From the NCBI RefSeq assembly GCF_006345805.1, contig NC_042997.1:130014001-130078000 (forward strand): 64,000 nt of DNA, read 5' to 3'. The DNA comes from Octopus sinensis. Taxonomy: Eukaryota. Positions 23,355-35,689 of this stretch are shown here, one piece after another; position 1 is the stretch's first letter, and every line of letters starts with the position of its first letter. Under the pieces are notes generated by a model, which ran no database searches, was not told where the DNA came from, and saw only the letters and a program-made list of their open reading frames with translations. The translations under genes were made by a program, and so were the position numbers.

Positions 23355-24045
23355 TCAGGTCATCCATAAGTTCTGTCCGATTTTACTTTTTTTTAAATTG
23401 AATGAAATTTAATAGTATTTTAGAATGTCTAATGGAATGAAAAATTATTTTTATGCATTTGTGTACATTAAACTAATTAAATATTATTTTATAGAATAAT
23501 AGAATTAAAATTTCTTTGATTAAAACCCTTTCTAACATGGAAGTATACAAAGAGCATTTAAGGCACATAATGCTTTATGAGTACAAAAAAGGAAACTCTG
23601 CAGCCGAAGTGATTCGAATCATAACACTCAGTTTATACGAAAGAATGCTGGCGATTTCAGCCTTGAAGATGAAGATCGAACAGGACGTCCAGTTGAGTTT
23701 GATGATAAGCTCCTTGAGGCATTACTTGAAGAAAATCCTGCATTATCAGTTGAAGAATTGGCAATAAAGCTTAGTTCAAACCATACAACTGTTCATCATC
23801 ATCTTCAACAACTTGGAAAGATTCCTAAACTTGGAAAATGGGTGTCTCATGAATTGTCCGAAAGCAACCACAAAAACCGAGTTGACATCTGCTCTTCTCT
23901 CCATTCTCGCAAACTCATTTCACCCTTTTTGGATAGACTTGTGATGGTGACAAAAAATGGATCTTCTATTGAAATGTTAAATGTCATAAACAGTGGCTTG
24001 GTAAAAGGGAAAAAGCTCAACCACAACCGAGAACGGAACTTCATG
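23355..24045 (+). mobile_element. Mariner family B copy 2 (5' TIR and 5' half only)
   Basis: TCAGGTCATCCATAAGTTCTGTCCG TIR; MEVYKEHLRHIMLYEYKKG, WVSHEL; closely matches the reverse complement of 10520-11250. Confidence 0.9.
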
Positions 24046-24366
24046 GGAAACCATGTGGTTGGCAAGCAAGCCACTTACCACATAGCCACTCATGTGCCTA
24101 TATATACATATATAAACATATATGTGTATTTGTGTGTGTGTGCATACACATGCATACACAGGTGTAAGAGCATGGCTATGTAGTAAAGAAGTTCACTTCA
24201 CAACTATGTGGTTTCAGGTTCAGTGCTACTGTGCAGCATCTTAGAAGACACTTGGAGGCAAGTGTCTTCTACCATAGCCTCAGGCTGACCAATGCCTTGT
24301 GAGTGAATTTGGTAAATGAAAAATAGCAACTGCCACGAAACCATAAAAAAATCTATTTATCTATCT

Positions 24367-24397
<31 letters not shown>

Positions 24398-24999
24398 TTT
24401 TGAAATGATTAAAGGAAACATCACTGATTGTGTCCACTTCTCCACCCTTGTTCATCATTCACTGCATTTACTTGTGACCCCTCATCTCTATCCATTTGTC
24501 ACTTTCCTTTCACACTCTTATGACCATACCTACCTACCTTCCTCAATCCTCTGTCCATATTCTCTCTTATACTCACCCTCTTTTACCTTGAGGGTATGCT
24601 CTAACACCTCACCACTACCAAATTTCCAGCTACTCTCACCTATCCTTATATAATGCAAAAGAGCTTTATATCTCCTCTACAACGAAACATGTTCCTGTCC
24701 CTCTATTATACTTTATACTCTGAAAACCTGGCTTAAAGTCACTTCCCTCTCTACTACATTCAGTGAAGGCGATGTTGTCTTTGTCTGGCATTTTATTTGA
24801 GGGGCTTACTAGTGCCATCAAATAAGCATGAAATCTTTTCTGCACTCATTTAAGTGACTGGTATTAGAAAGGTCATCTGGCTACAGAAACCATGAGATAT
24901 TGTAGCTCAGTTCTACCCTCCAGCTCATTGGATCTTACAAACCATCTAACCCATGCCAGCATGGAAGCATGTAAGTATGGTAAGAAGCTTGCTGGTGCA

Positions 25000-25420
25000 G
25001 GCATGCCTGTGTGGTAAGAAGCTTGCTTCCCAATCACTTGGTTCCAGGTTCAGTCCTACTGCAAGGCACTTTGGGCAAGTGTTTTCTATTATAGAATCAA
25101 GTTAACCAAAGCCTTGTGAGTGGATTTGATAGAGGGAAACTGAAAAAAGCCTGTCGTGTATACATGTGTGTGTGAGTGTGTGTGTGTGTGTGTGTGTATT
25201 TGTATGTTTGTATCTGTACTTGTCACCCTCAACATCACTTGACAACTGAAGTTGGTGTGTTTACATTCCCATAACCTAGCAGTTTGGCAAGAGTGACCAA
25301 AAGAGTCAGTACAAAGCTTACAAAGAATAAATCTCAGGGTCGATTTGTTTGACTAAAACCCCTTTAGGTGGCGCTCCAGCATGGCCGCAGTCAAATGACT
25401 GAAACAAGTAAAAGAATAAA
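25000..25420 (+). mobile_element. OR-like CORE SINE
   Basis: Head GCCTGTGTGGTAAGAAGC, CORE, (TG)n, tail GACTGAAACAAGTAAAAG. Confidence 0.8.
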
Positions 25421-25729
25421 AAAGTATACATCCTCCATATCACACACACACACACATCCGAGTTAACTGAAAGCAGTGTCCAGGATTCATTCCCCACCTC
25501 TACTAAAGTGCTTTAGTAATTATTGGAACAATGACAATCGTGATTTCAACTAGCTGGAAGCATCTCCTTAAATAATGTCTTACGTACATCACACTTTCTT
25601 GACTCATCTTCGAGACTAGAAGGTTCATTCTATTTGTTATTGTTGCTGTTGTTGTTGATGTACTTATTATTATTGTTATCAGCAGCCTTGCTATCATTAT
25701 AATCGTTGTCAGGATCATTTTCTAGGGCC

Positions 25730-25915
25730 ACGTATAAAAGGCACTGATGCTGGTGCCACATAAAAAAAGCACTCAGTACACTCTGCAAAGTGGTTACTAT
25801 AGAAACCATACCTAAACAGACGACTGGAGACTGGTGCAGCTCTCCAGCTTGCCAGCTCCTATCAAACCATCCAACCCATGCCAGCATGGAAAGCGGATGT
25901 TGAATGATAATGATC
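25730..25915 (+). mobile_element. RTE-type 3' tail
   Basis: GTGCCACATAAAAAAAGCAC...CCAACCCATGCCAGCATGGAAAGCGG. Confidence 0.75.
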
Positions 25916-26318
25916 ATCATCATCACAATTATCATCTTCATCATTGCCACCAGACCAGCACCATCAGTATGACCACCACCAACACCACCATCAACACCAT
26001 CCTCATCATCATCCTCATCATCATCATCATCATCATCATCACCACCGTCATCATCATCATCACTATCATCATCATCAAGGTAATAAGGCGGTGAGCCAAC
26101 AGAGTTGTTAAAGCATTGCAATTAACACCTTGCAGTATTTCTTCTGGTTCTTTACATTCTGAGTTCATATAATGCTGAGGTTAATAAAGTACCAGTCATG
26201 CACTGGGCTCGATATAATCAAATAGCACACTTCCTTCAAAACCTAATTAGAAGAAATTATTATCCAAAGTAATGGAGTACCAGATGTGATAAAGTATGAT
26301 ATTAAATTTCATTTATTA

Positions 26319-26714
26319 TAGGCGGAGTAGTGGTTGTGTGGTAAGTAGCTTGCTTACCAACCACATGGCTCTGGGTTCAGTCCCACTGTGTGCAACCTTG
26401 GGCAAGTGTCTTCTACTTTAGACTCGAGCCAACCAAAGCCTTGTGAGTGTATTTGGTAGATGGAAACTGAAAGAAGCCCATCATATATATGTATACATAT
26501 ATATATGTGTGTATGTGTGTGTGTATGTTTGTGTGTCTGTGTTTGTCCCCCCAACATCTCTTGATAACCGATGCTGGTGTGTTTATGTCCCCGTAACTTA
26601 GCAGTTTGGCAAAAGAGACCTAGGCTTACAAAGAATAAGTCCTGGGGTCGATTTGCTCAACTCAAGGTGGTGCTCCAGCATGACCAGTCAAATAACTGAA
26701 ACAAGTAAAAGAGT
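26319..26714 (+). mobile_element. Full-length OR-like CORE SINE
   Basis: All segments present. Confidence 0.85.
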
Positions 26715-26715
26715 A

Positions 26716-26805
26716 GTTTGCAGCAGCAGCGGCGGCGGCAGTGGCGCCACCACCACCACCACCACCACCACCACCACCACCACCACCACCACCACCACCA
26801 CCACC

Positions 26806-26837
<32 letters not shown>

Positions 26838-26858
26838 CACAACAACAACAACAACAAC

Positions 26859-26907
<49 letters not shown>

Positions 26908-26960
26908 TACATACATACATACATACATACATACATACATACATACATACACATCACTAA
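26716..26960. repeat. Compound (GCA)(GCG)(CAC)n(CAA)n(TACA)n microsatellite
   Basis: Direct reading. Confidence 0.95.
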
Positions 26961-28674
26961 CTACTAAAGTGACTACAACCATTTCCGAGGATCACCCATC
27001 CCACCATTACATTATCTCCACTACTACAACCACCTCAACTCCTACCATTACCATCACCTCCATCACAATCATCACTATTGCTTCTACTATCATCTCTATT
27101 CTCCATTATCACCATCACAATAACTACCAACAATTACAAGAACAACAGTAGTAATGATAAGAACCTCTTGATAGTTGTTTGACCTCCTAAAAATACCAGC
27201 CAAATTGTCCTGAAATTATACAGTACAATCTGAGAAGATGGCTTAGTCATAGTCCGGCCACATTTTATCAAAGGTATGCTGTTTCAGAACAGGGTGTGAA
27301 CAAAAAACCTATACCAACAATTCCAAGAGCATCGATTTTAACTGTGGCTAATGGTAATGGCAGATAGCATAACTGAATAATTTACCTTTTGGTCAATCTC
27401 AGAACAATTTGGTTAACATACTTACTAAAGCAGAATGGCTTTGAGAGATATTATTAAGGATTTTGCTAACTAATCTGCTATAATTTATAACAATGGTTAA
27501 GTGGTGAGATAGTAGAATCATCAGTACATTGGCCAAAATGCTTAGTGATATTTTTTTCCGCTTTTTACATTCTTAGTCCAAAATCTGCTGAGATCAATTT
27601 TGCCTTTCAGTTTTTCAGTATTGATAAAATAAAGCATTAGTCAAGCACTGGGTCAATGTAATCGATTACCCCACACCCAATAGCTGGCCTTGTGCCAAAA
27701 TTTGAAAATATATTTCATAACAAACATTTGATCATTAAATCCTGTTCCTTCAAAAGGAATTGTCCCTCGAAACTATGAAACTATGAACTTACAGTCTAAG
27801 CTATTATAACTAGTTTATAGTTTTCTACACATTTGTTATGGCTATGCAACATTATCCTTTGGATTGGATTGCCTATGTTCAGTCCACTACAGGACGAAGG
27901 CCTCAACATATTCTCTCCACCAACCAGTCTGATGTGGAGGCTGTGAATTTGAGCTTTAGATCATACTGGTTTCATGAGTCTACTCTGTCACTGGCTCAAC
28001 ATACATTAGCAGAGGGATACAGTTTTTATACTCATACCCAGGAGTAGTTTAGTCAACTACATCAACCCAGTACTTAATTGGTATTTATTTTATTGACACC
28101 CAAAGGATGAAAAGCAAAGATAGCCTCAGTGGAATTTGAACTCAGAACATAAAGACAGACAAAATACCACTAAGCATTTTGTTCAGCATACTAACAATTT
28201 TGCCAGTTCACCATTTTAACATTCTCTTTATCTCTTAAAACTACAATCTCATTACAGAAATATAAGTTGACCCCCCCCCCCCCCCGTCATTACTTGACTG
28301 GTATTTGATTTTATCAACTTCAGAAGAATGAAAGATAAAACTGACTAATGCAGGATTTGAACTCTTATCATAAATGGCCATATCCAGAACTTACATGAAG
28401 TGGAGTTCACTTGGTTCATCACTCTAGGATTTATAAGTACGATCTCATGAATATCTGACAAACTCCTCCCTCAAAACAAACAGCCTCATAATTTTGAATT
28501 TTGAGAAAATCGCCTCCTTTCCCTACCATAGTCTGAAATTAGTCTGGTTCCACCTTGCAAAATTTCTCTTGGAGGTCTTTGGTAATAACTAAATCCTGTA
28601 AAACATTTTGTCAGCTGCCCTAATAGTTCTAGCAAGTTAGACATTCAGTGTTGACCTCTCCTTGATTTGACCTC

Positions 28675-28810
28675 AAACAAAGTGGTTTACACCAGTTTAC
28701 TATAATAAACAAAGTGGTTTATACTAGTTTCTTTATTATATTATATACAAGAGTTTATAGTTTCCCTATACACTATAAACAAAGTGGTTTATACTAGTTT
28801 CTACTAATAT
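28675..28810. repeat. ~32-bp minisatellite (3 good + 1 degenerate units)
   Basis: AAACAAAGTGGTTTA(T/C)AC(T/C)AGTTT repeated. Confidence 0.8.
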
Positions 28811-28914
28811 CTAGAGACAGAGTATTCTACTAATACTCTGTTTCTTTACTGTCAATTTTGACTTGAACTTCTACATCTTCAGTTTAAACTTTTCTAGCAA
28901 TAAAGTCAATGAGG

Positions 28915-29360
28915 AACCTCTTCATAGACTCTCCTTAGAAACACCAGCTAAATCACAGCTTTCTTAAAAAAGTAGTAAGGACACATTGGAAAATAAAAGA
29001 TGGGATAGTCACAGCTGGAATGCTCTCAACAATAAGTTTATTGGATCAAGGCTAATCTGGGACAAAACAACAACAATACGGAAGGACATATTCAATAATA
29101 TAGCTCTAGATACACTGTATCTGAATAAAAGACTGGATGGTCATGAATAGACCATCTTGATTACAGGTCAGCTGGATCAAGGTTGACATGGGGTTAAATA
29201 AGAACAACAACTATGAAAAAGGAATCATTTGATAATGTAGCTGTCAATATTGTAATCCTAGCTACACTAAATAGAAACAGACTGTTTACAGCTGGGACAT
29301 TTTTGATCAGAGGTCTGATGGATTGAGTCAGTGCTGACCAAGGGTTAAACAACAATAAAA
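28915..29360 (+). repeat. Three tandem partial copies of a fourth short interspersed family
   Basis: Recurring ...GGATCAAGG(C/T)TGAC..GG(G)TTAAA(C/T)AACAAC ends; related pieces at 20230-20420, 27150-27300, 36960-37190 (reverse), 60480-60650 (reverse) and 63520-63630. Confidence 0.55.
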
Positions 29361-29719
29361 GCTACTTTATCAACAATCACATCAATACTAGGTCAACTAT
29401 CTTATTGCTATTTGTCTAGAGACACCAAGCAATAAAGAACGGAAGTATAGCGGATATTTGTACAAAATTAGTCAAACTATGACAATCTCTCATGTTGATG
29501 GAAACCATAGCTGACAGCCCTTCCCTAAATATAACAGCTACAACATATTTGACTAAATTAATTTCCATCCAATTGATCATATATAAAAAAAAAAAAAAGG
29601 AAATATGAAATAATGAAAAAAACAAAAAAACAATTACACTGACAAACCATGCTGATAAGACCTTGCTTTAGGGTCTTATCATCATGAAATGGATATAGTA
29701 AAGAGATGAGTAGAATCTA

Positions 29720-30560
29720 GAACTGACAAAGGAATGAGGGATATTATTCTTATCCTAAAAAAACTTGAGTATGGTGAGCAATTGTTTATTGCCTCTAATG
29801 ACTATTAAAAAGCTTTTGACAAAAGTTATTCATGATAAATTATTGTCAGTTTTAGCAGAAATAGGATTTCCTTGCTATTTTATAGAATAATTAAAATCAC
29901 TTTATTCTGAGAAAAGAGGAATGTCAAAACTAATACAGGTTTCTCAGAGAGGATTGAAATTGCAGTGAGTGCAACAAGAATATATCCTTCTCTTCATCAT
30001 CATTTAACATCTATTTTCCATAATGGCATGGGTTGGATGGTTTAACAGGAACTGTCAAGCTGGAGGGCAACACCAGGTTCTAATTCTCTGTTTTGACAGG
30101 GTTCCTACAGTCGGATGCCCTTCCTAATACCAACCACTCTACAGAGTGTGCTGGGTGCTTTGTATGTGGTGCCAACACAGCAGTGTTTTGCATGACATTG
30201 GCACATGTGTTTTTCATGTGGCACCAGCACAGGTGCTTTTAACATGGTACTGGCACAGGTGTTTTTTATGTAGTGTTAGCATGGGTGCTTCTTACATGGC
30301 ACCATCATAGGTATCTTTTATGTGATGCTGGCACAGGTGCTTTCTATGTAGCACATGGATGCCTTGTATGTTGCGCCAGCACATAATGTTTAACATGTAT
30401 GCAGAAAATGTAACGAAGAAAACTCTAGAACATTTCCAAGATACAGTTAAAATCAATGGAAGATAGTCAGTAATCTGTTGCTAATATCTTAGAAGAATTA
30501 AGGCTTTTGACAAAGAAAGTGAAAGAGAAAAATATAGACTATGGTTTATTCATTACTGCT
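29720..30560 (+). pseudogene. BovB-like RTE RT fragment, interrupted at 29995-30390
   Basis: KAFDKVIHDKLL..IGFP..LKSLY, then FNMYAENV..VKINGR after the insertion. Confidence 0.65.
29995..30390 (-). mobile_element. RTE-type tail with ~30-bp unit array
   Basis: Tail motifs plus repeated GCACAGGTG(C/T)TTT..ATG units at 30150-30390. Confidence 0.75.
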
Positions 30561-30589
30561 GACAAAACAGAAAAAATTTTTAAATCCTA

Positions 30590-31010
30590 TATTAGGTGCA
30601 GGTATGGCTATATGGTATGAAATTTGCTTCCCAACCATTTGGTTTCAGGATCAGTCCCACTACATGTCACCTTGGACAAGTGTCTCCTACTATACCCTTG
30701 GGCCAACCAAAGCCTTCTGAGTGGATTTAGTAAATGGAAACTGAAAGGAGCCCATCATATGTGTATGTGTGAGTCTTTTCATTTGTGTTCATTCCTCACC
30801 ACAACTTGACAACCAATGTTGGCATGTTTATGTCCCCATAACTCAGCGTTCCTGCAAAAGAGACCAATAGAATAAGTACCAGGCACTACAAAAAAAATGT
30901 AAAAAAAAAAGTATTGGGCTTAATTTGTTTGACTGAAATTCTTCAAGGTGATGCCACAACATGGCCACAGTCTAATGACTGAAAGAAATAAAAGCTAAAG
31001 GAGAAAAGAT
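30590..31010 (+). mobile_element. OR-like SINE variant
   Basis: Head, CORE, GACTGAAAGAAATAAAAG tail. Confidence 0.75.
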
Positions 31011-31109
31011 AGCTGAATAATTAGACTACCAAAGGGGTAAATGAGTTTTGCAATCTTGGGAGTTGTCATTGCTGATGTTCTTGTTGTCATCATCATCATT
31101 ATCTTAATC

Positions 31110-31497
31110 CTTTCGAATATAGGCACAAGGTCTGAAATTAGGGGGAAGGGAATAGTCGATTATATCGACCCCAGTGCGTAACTGGTACTTAATTTATTGA
31201 CCCTGAAAGGATGAAAGGCAAAGTTGACTTCGGCAGAATTTGAACTCAGAAAGTAGCGGCAGAAGAAATACCTATTTCTTTACAAGGGGCTAAACACAGA
31301 GTGGACAAACAAGGACAGACAAATGGATTAAGTCAATTATATCAACCCCAGTGCGTAACTGGTACTTAATTTATTGACCCCGAAAGGATTAAAGGCAAAG
31401 TCAACCTCGGTAGAATTTGAACTCAGAACGTAACGGCAGACAAAATACCACAAAGCATTTCGCCCAGCGTGCTAACAATTCTGCCAGCTCGCCGCCT
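31110..31497 (-). mobile_element. OK-like SINE dimer
   Basis: Two Nin-like cores; junction GAAGAAATAC|CTATTTCTTTAC. Confidence 0.85.
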
Positions 31498-31700
31498 CAT
31501 CATCATTATCTTAGTGCCTACTTTCCCATGCATGCATGGGTCAGATGGAATTTGCTGAGGCAGATTTTCTCCAGCTGGATGCCACCTGTTTCCAAGATAA
31601 CATTTTTTTCATGACCAGACATGTTTCCACAGAATACAGGAAATGAATGACAATGCTTGTATGACAGTGACTCAGCTATTCTGTGATATTAAGTCAATGA

Positions 31701-31746
<46 letters not shown>

Positions 31747-32074
31747 AACACACACACACACACACATACACAACCACACACAAACACAAACATACACAAA
31801 CACACACACACGTATATACATATACATATATTGCCCATGTGACAGCACGTGCTTTTCTCTGGACTATCTGCTCCTTCCTTCTTTCCTATCTTCTCTGGAC
31901 TTTTCGCTTTATCTGACAGCCATGCTTAAAATGTCATTTCTACCACTATTTTCCCATCTAAAACTTTCACTGAGCAATAATTTAATATGTATATGTACAA
32001 TTGACTTTTGTTGTTCTTTTCTTGTTTTTTTTTGTTCTTGTTGTTGGATTTGGTGAGACATATGTGTGTGTGTG

Positions 32075-32116
<42 letters not shown>

Positions 32117-32139
32117 CACACACACATTATATAGAATAC

Positions 32140-32928
32140 TTAAGATTAGATTAGTGCTGCAACATGGGTTAGTAACCATTATCTCGGCTTATGCCATTCA
32201 CCCAGGGCTACCTTATGAACAGAAAGACTGATTTTATGACACCCTCTTGCAGACTACCTAGTTGACAAATGAAATAGGGACCTTCTCTTTGTGGCTGACG
32301 ACTTCAATGGGCATGTTGGACAACATGCAGGGGTCCTCCATGGCATACATGGAGGCTATGGTTTTGGTTCCTGCAATGAGGAGGGAACCAGGCTGCAAAT
32401 GATCCTATGGTTTGTAATACTAACTTCAGGAAACCTGTTAGTCACCTATTCACCTACTGATCTGGTGGACACACTAGTCAAACTGACTACATCCTCACCA
32501 GGAAACAGGAAAGATGACTACTTATAAATTCCAAAACTTTCCCAGAGGAAGAATGCACCTCACAACATAGATTAGTAGTTAGTGACTTCAAGATCAGGGC
32601 TAAATGGATGCACAGAAGACAACCAGCATGGAGAAGAAGGGTCTGGAAACTTAAGGATCCTGCAAATGGACAGAGATTTGGAGATGTATTACTCAAAGCT
32701 TTTGATGAAATATAGGGGGATATAGCATCACATGATGTGGAAGAGAACTGGAGGTTTCTATGGGACAACCTGTTGAGGGCTACTGACCAGATCTGTGGAT
32801 GGTGCAAAGTCCTCTCTCGACTTAAGGTAATGTGGTGGAGGAACAATGTTGTTGACAGGGCCATTAGGGAAAAGAAACAAGTATGGAAGGACTGGAAGAG
32901 CAGTGGTAGCAGGGAATTGTATCAGACA
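32140..32928 (+). pseudogene. RTE AP-endonuclease + linker fragment
   Basis: TIISAYA, DDFNGHVG, GYGFGSCNEEG, DYILTRK, SQHRLVVSDF, ENWRFLWDNLLRATDQICGW. Confidence 0.88.
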
Positions 32929-32934
32929 AGGAGC

Positions 32935-33432
32935 TTTTCAGGCTCCTTGTCTGTTTTGGCATGGTTTCTATGGCTGGATGCCCTTCCTAATACCAACCAC
33001 TTTACAGAATGTACTGGATGCTTTTATGCAGCACCAGTATGGATGCTTTTTACATGGCACGAGCACTTACAAGCCTGTGAGATTACGAATGCTCAGCTGG
33101 AGAGGGCTGCAAGGGACGAGCCTCTATGCAAGGACTACCATGCTTTTATTTGACTCGGCATATCTTTTCAAGCACAGCAAGGTACCAGGTGTTTCAGTCC
33201 TCTGTGAGTCCCAATATTCATAGATCATTTCTCATCACTTCATCCCACATCTTTCTGGGCTTACCCCTGCTACATGTTCTTTCTATAATTAGAGATCAAC
33301 ATCTCTTTTTGCAACTGTCCTCATTCTTATGTATTACATAGCCAAATCAGCAGTCTTCTCTCTTGCACGCTGCATCTGTGGCTACATATACCCAGTTTTT
33401 CTCTCAAATCACATTCTGTCATATATGCACAC
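32935..33432 (-). mobile_element. RTE 3' end fragment (RT C-terminus + truncated tail), convergent on the EN fragment
   Basis: Reverse GGATGGGTAATGTCAGTGTGC, RGKPRKMWDEVMRNDL, TTAGGAAGGGCATCC tail. Confidence 0.8.
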
Positions 33433-33599
33433 TGACATTACCCATCCAACGCTCCCTACCAAAGCCACTCACAAAGCTTTAAATATCCAGGGCTACAGTA
33501 GAATTTACCAAAAGTGCCACAAAGTGGGACTGAATCTGTGATTAGATTTGGAAGCTATTACTAGCAAGTTGGGTGACTTACATTGGCTGAGACTCAGCA

Positions 33600-34005
33600 A
33601 CAAATTAAAGAACATGGCACATAAAATGCATCATATGAATGTGGTTGATGCCAGTGCCCCTTGACTGGTTCCTGTGCCAGTAGCATGTAAAAGGCATCAT
33701 CCAAACATGGCAGATGCCAGTGTCCCCTGACTGGCTCCCGTGCTGGTGGCATGTAAAAGGCACTATCCAAACATGATCAATGCCAGGCCTGCCTGCCTGG
33801 CTCCTGTGCCGGTGGCACATAAAAAGCACACCCACTACACTCTCAGAGTGGTTGGCATTAGGAAGGGCATCAAGCTGTAGAAACATTACCAGATCAGATT
33901 GGAGCCTGGTGCAGCCACTGGCTTTCCAGACCTCAGTTAAACTCTCTAAACCATGCCAGCATGGAAAACAGACGTTAAGCAATGATGATGGTGATGATGA
34001 TGATT
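33600..34005 (+). mobile_element. RTE 3' UTR array + tail
   Basis: Four ~58-bp units then TTAGGAAGGGCATC and (GAT)n. Confidence 0.85.
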
Positions 34006-34498
34006 AGTCTCATGATCAAACAGAACCTGTTGGATCAGCTGACGGAATGAAGAGTAAACCAGAATTAGGAGTAAATACAAGATAAAGAAGACCTAAATAA
34101 GATCTAACTTCGATAGAAAAACATTGGGTTAACAACACAACACCACGGCATAAAATTATCAGCATTCACCACAGGAAAATTGTAGAATCCATCATAACAC
34201 AAACAACACATCGTGTGATTATTACACAAGCAGGAAGCCAAATGTGACAGCCGAAGCTTTATAAAAGCGGCTGTCTTACACTTCTACCTGTGACATCCAA
34301 CAGTCAGATTAAAACAAGACCAACATTTAAAGTAAGAAATGGAAGAGAGAAACTTGACAAGAATTTTAATATGTCTGGGAAATCTGGAAAATGAGTGAAA
34401 CATTTTCAAACTGTAGAAAATCATGATGGGAAGTTCTACAGTGATATTTATAATGTGATATATTTATCAAGGTAGAGATGGTTTCCAGTTATACAAAT

Positions 34499-34536
<38 letters not shown>

Positions 34537-35094
34537 ATATGTGTATTTGTGCTGATGGAGGGATTGATATTTCTTTGATTACTAAACATTAATAGTTTAC
34601 AACAACAACAACGCCGCCGCCACCGCCACCACCACCACCACCACCACCATCACCATCATCATCATCATCATCATCATCATCGCCATTTATTTACCCACCT
34701 ATCATCATCTGTGCCCATTTTCATGTCCATACTAGCATAGCCATCTCTCTTATGCACCACAGCTTGTTCTTCTCATACCTAGTCTTTCCTCAGCTCATCT
34801 TTACCTCATCATTCATAAATACTGGTATTACACATCCAGCAGACTTTCCTATTAAAACTTCTAAAATTATCTTCAACCTACATTACTTGTGACACTAATT
34901 AATTACATTAATTTAATGTAATGAGTTAAGAAATTTTAATTAATTAGTTAACACTTGTAGTGCATATAGGTACAGGTGTGGCTGCATGGTTAAGAAGTTT
35001 GCTTCCCAACCAAATGTTTTCAGGTTCAGTTCTACTGCGTGGCAAGTCTGGCAAGTGTCATCTACTATAGCCCCAGGATATATTATTATCATCA

Positions 35095-35310
35095 TCATTG
35101 TTTAATGTCTGCTTTCTATGCTGGCATGGGTTAGATGGTTTGACTGAGAACTGGTAAGCTGGGAGGCTGCACCGGGCTCCAATCTGATCAGGCAGTGTTT
35201 CTACAGTTGGATGCCCTTCCTAACGCCAACCACTCTGAGAGTATAGTGGGTGCTTTTATGTGCCACTGGTACAGGGGGCAGTCAGGCAGCACTGGCATCA
35301 ATCATGAGTA
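35095..35310 (-). mobile_element. RTE-type 3' tail
   Basis: GGATGCCCTTCCTAACGCCAACCACTC. Confidence 0.8.
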
Positions 35311-35689
35311 CGATTTCATTTGACTCAATAGGTATTCTCGAGCACAGCATATTGCCCGATGATTGAAGGGTACTTTTAACGGACTGGTTATGCAACTTAC
35401 TACCTTATTTTCCACTGAATGCCCCTTTAATTTCCCCTGTACACCCTTTCATATCTGGTAATAACCCCCCACCTTCCACTCACTATTGTTGTCTGTCATT
35501 CACTATTTCCACTCCTGTGCACCTCTGACTTTGTTCCTGACACTGTGCATCTCTCTCATCTTCAATACATATCATCTGTGCTGCCACTTATCACCCCTCT
35601 GATACACTCCACCTTCCCTCACCAAAGCTGATATTCACTATTGGGCATACCACCACTCATGTTCAACCAGGCAATGGTAGTGCCTTGAA

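Larger units (their letters stand above)
23035..24095 (-). mobile_element. OR-like SINE split by mariner, with central deletion (3' half 23035-23240, head 24046-24095)
   Basis: SINE tail/body, (TA)n, mariner, then GGAAACCATGTGGTTGGCAAGCAAGC...CACATAGCCACTC head. Confidence 0.75.

Noticed and set aside
10017-23380. Composite transposon bounded by the two mariner B TIRs
   Set aside because: Both surviving TIRs read the same on the plus strand (direct, not inward-facing)
26653-27151. Poly-P, poly-Q/H and poly-T ORFs suggesting a low-complexity protein
   Set aside because: Compound trinucleotide microsatellite directly appended to a SINE tail; open in several frames by composition
27756-27809. 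GIVPRNY resembling the SH3 C-terminal motif
   Set aside because: Seven-residue match only, stop shortly after, no upstream SH3 exons found
32140-33432. Twin-priming inversion
   Set aside because: Segments are convergent and the tail is at the junction; twin priming gives an inverted 5' part upstream of an intact 3' tail
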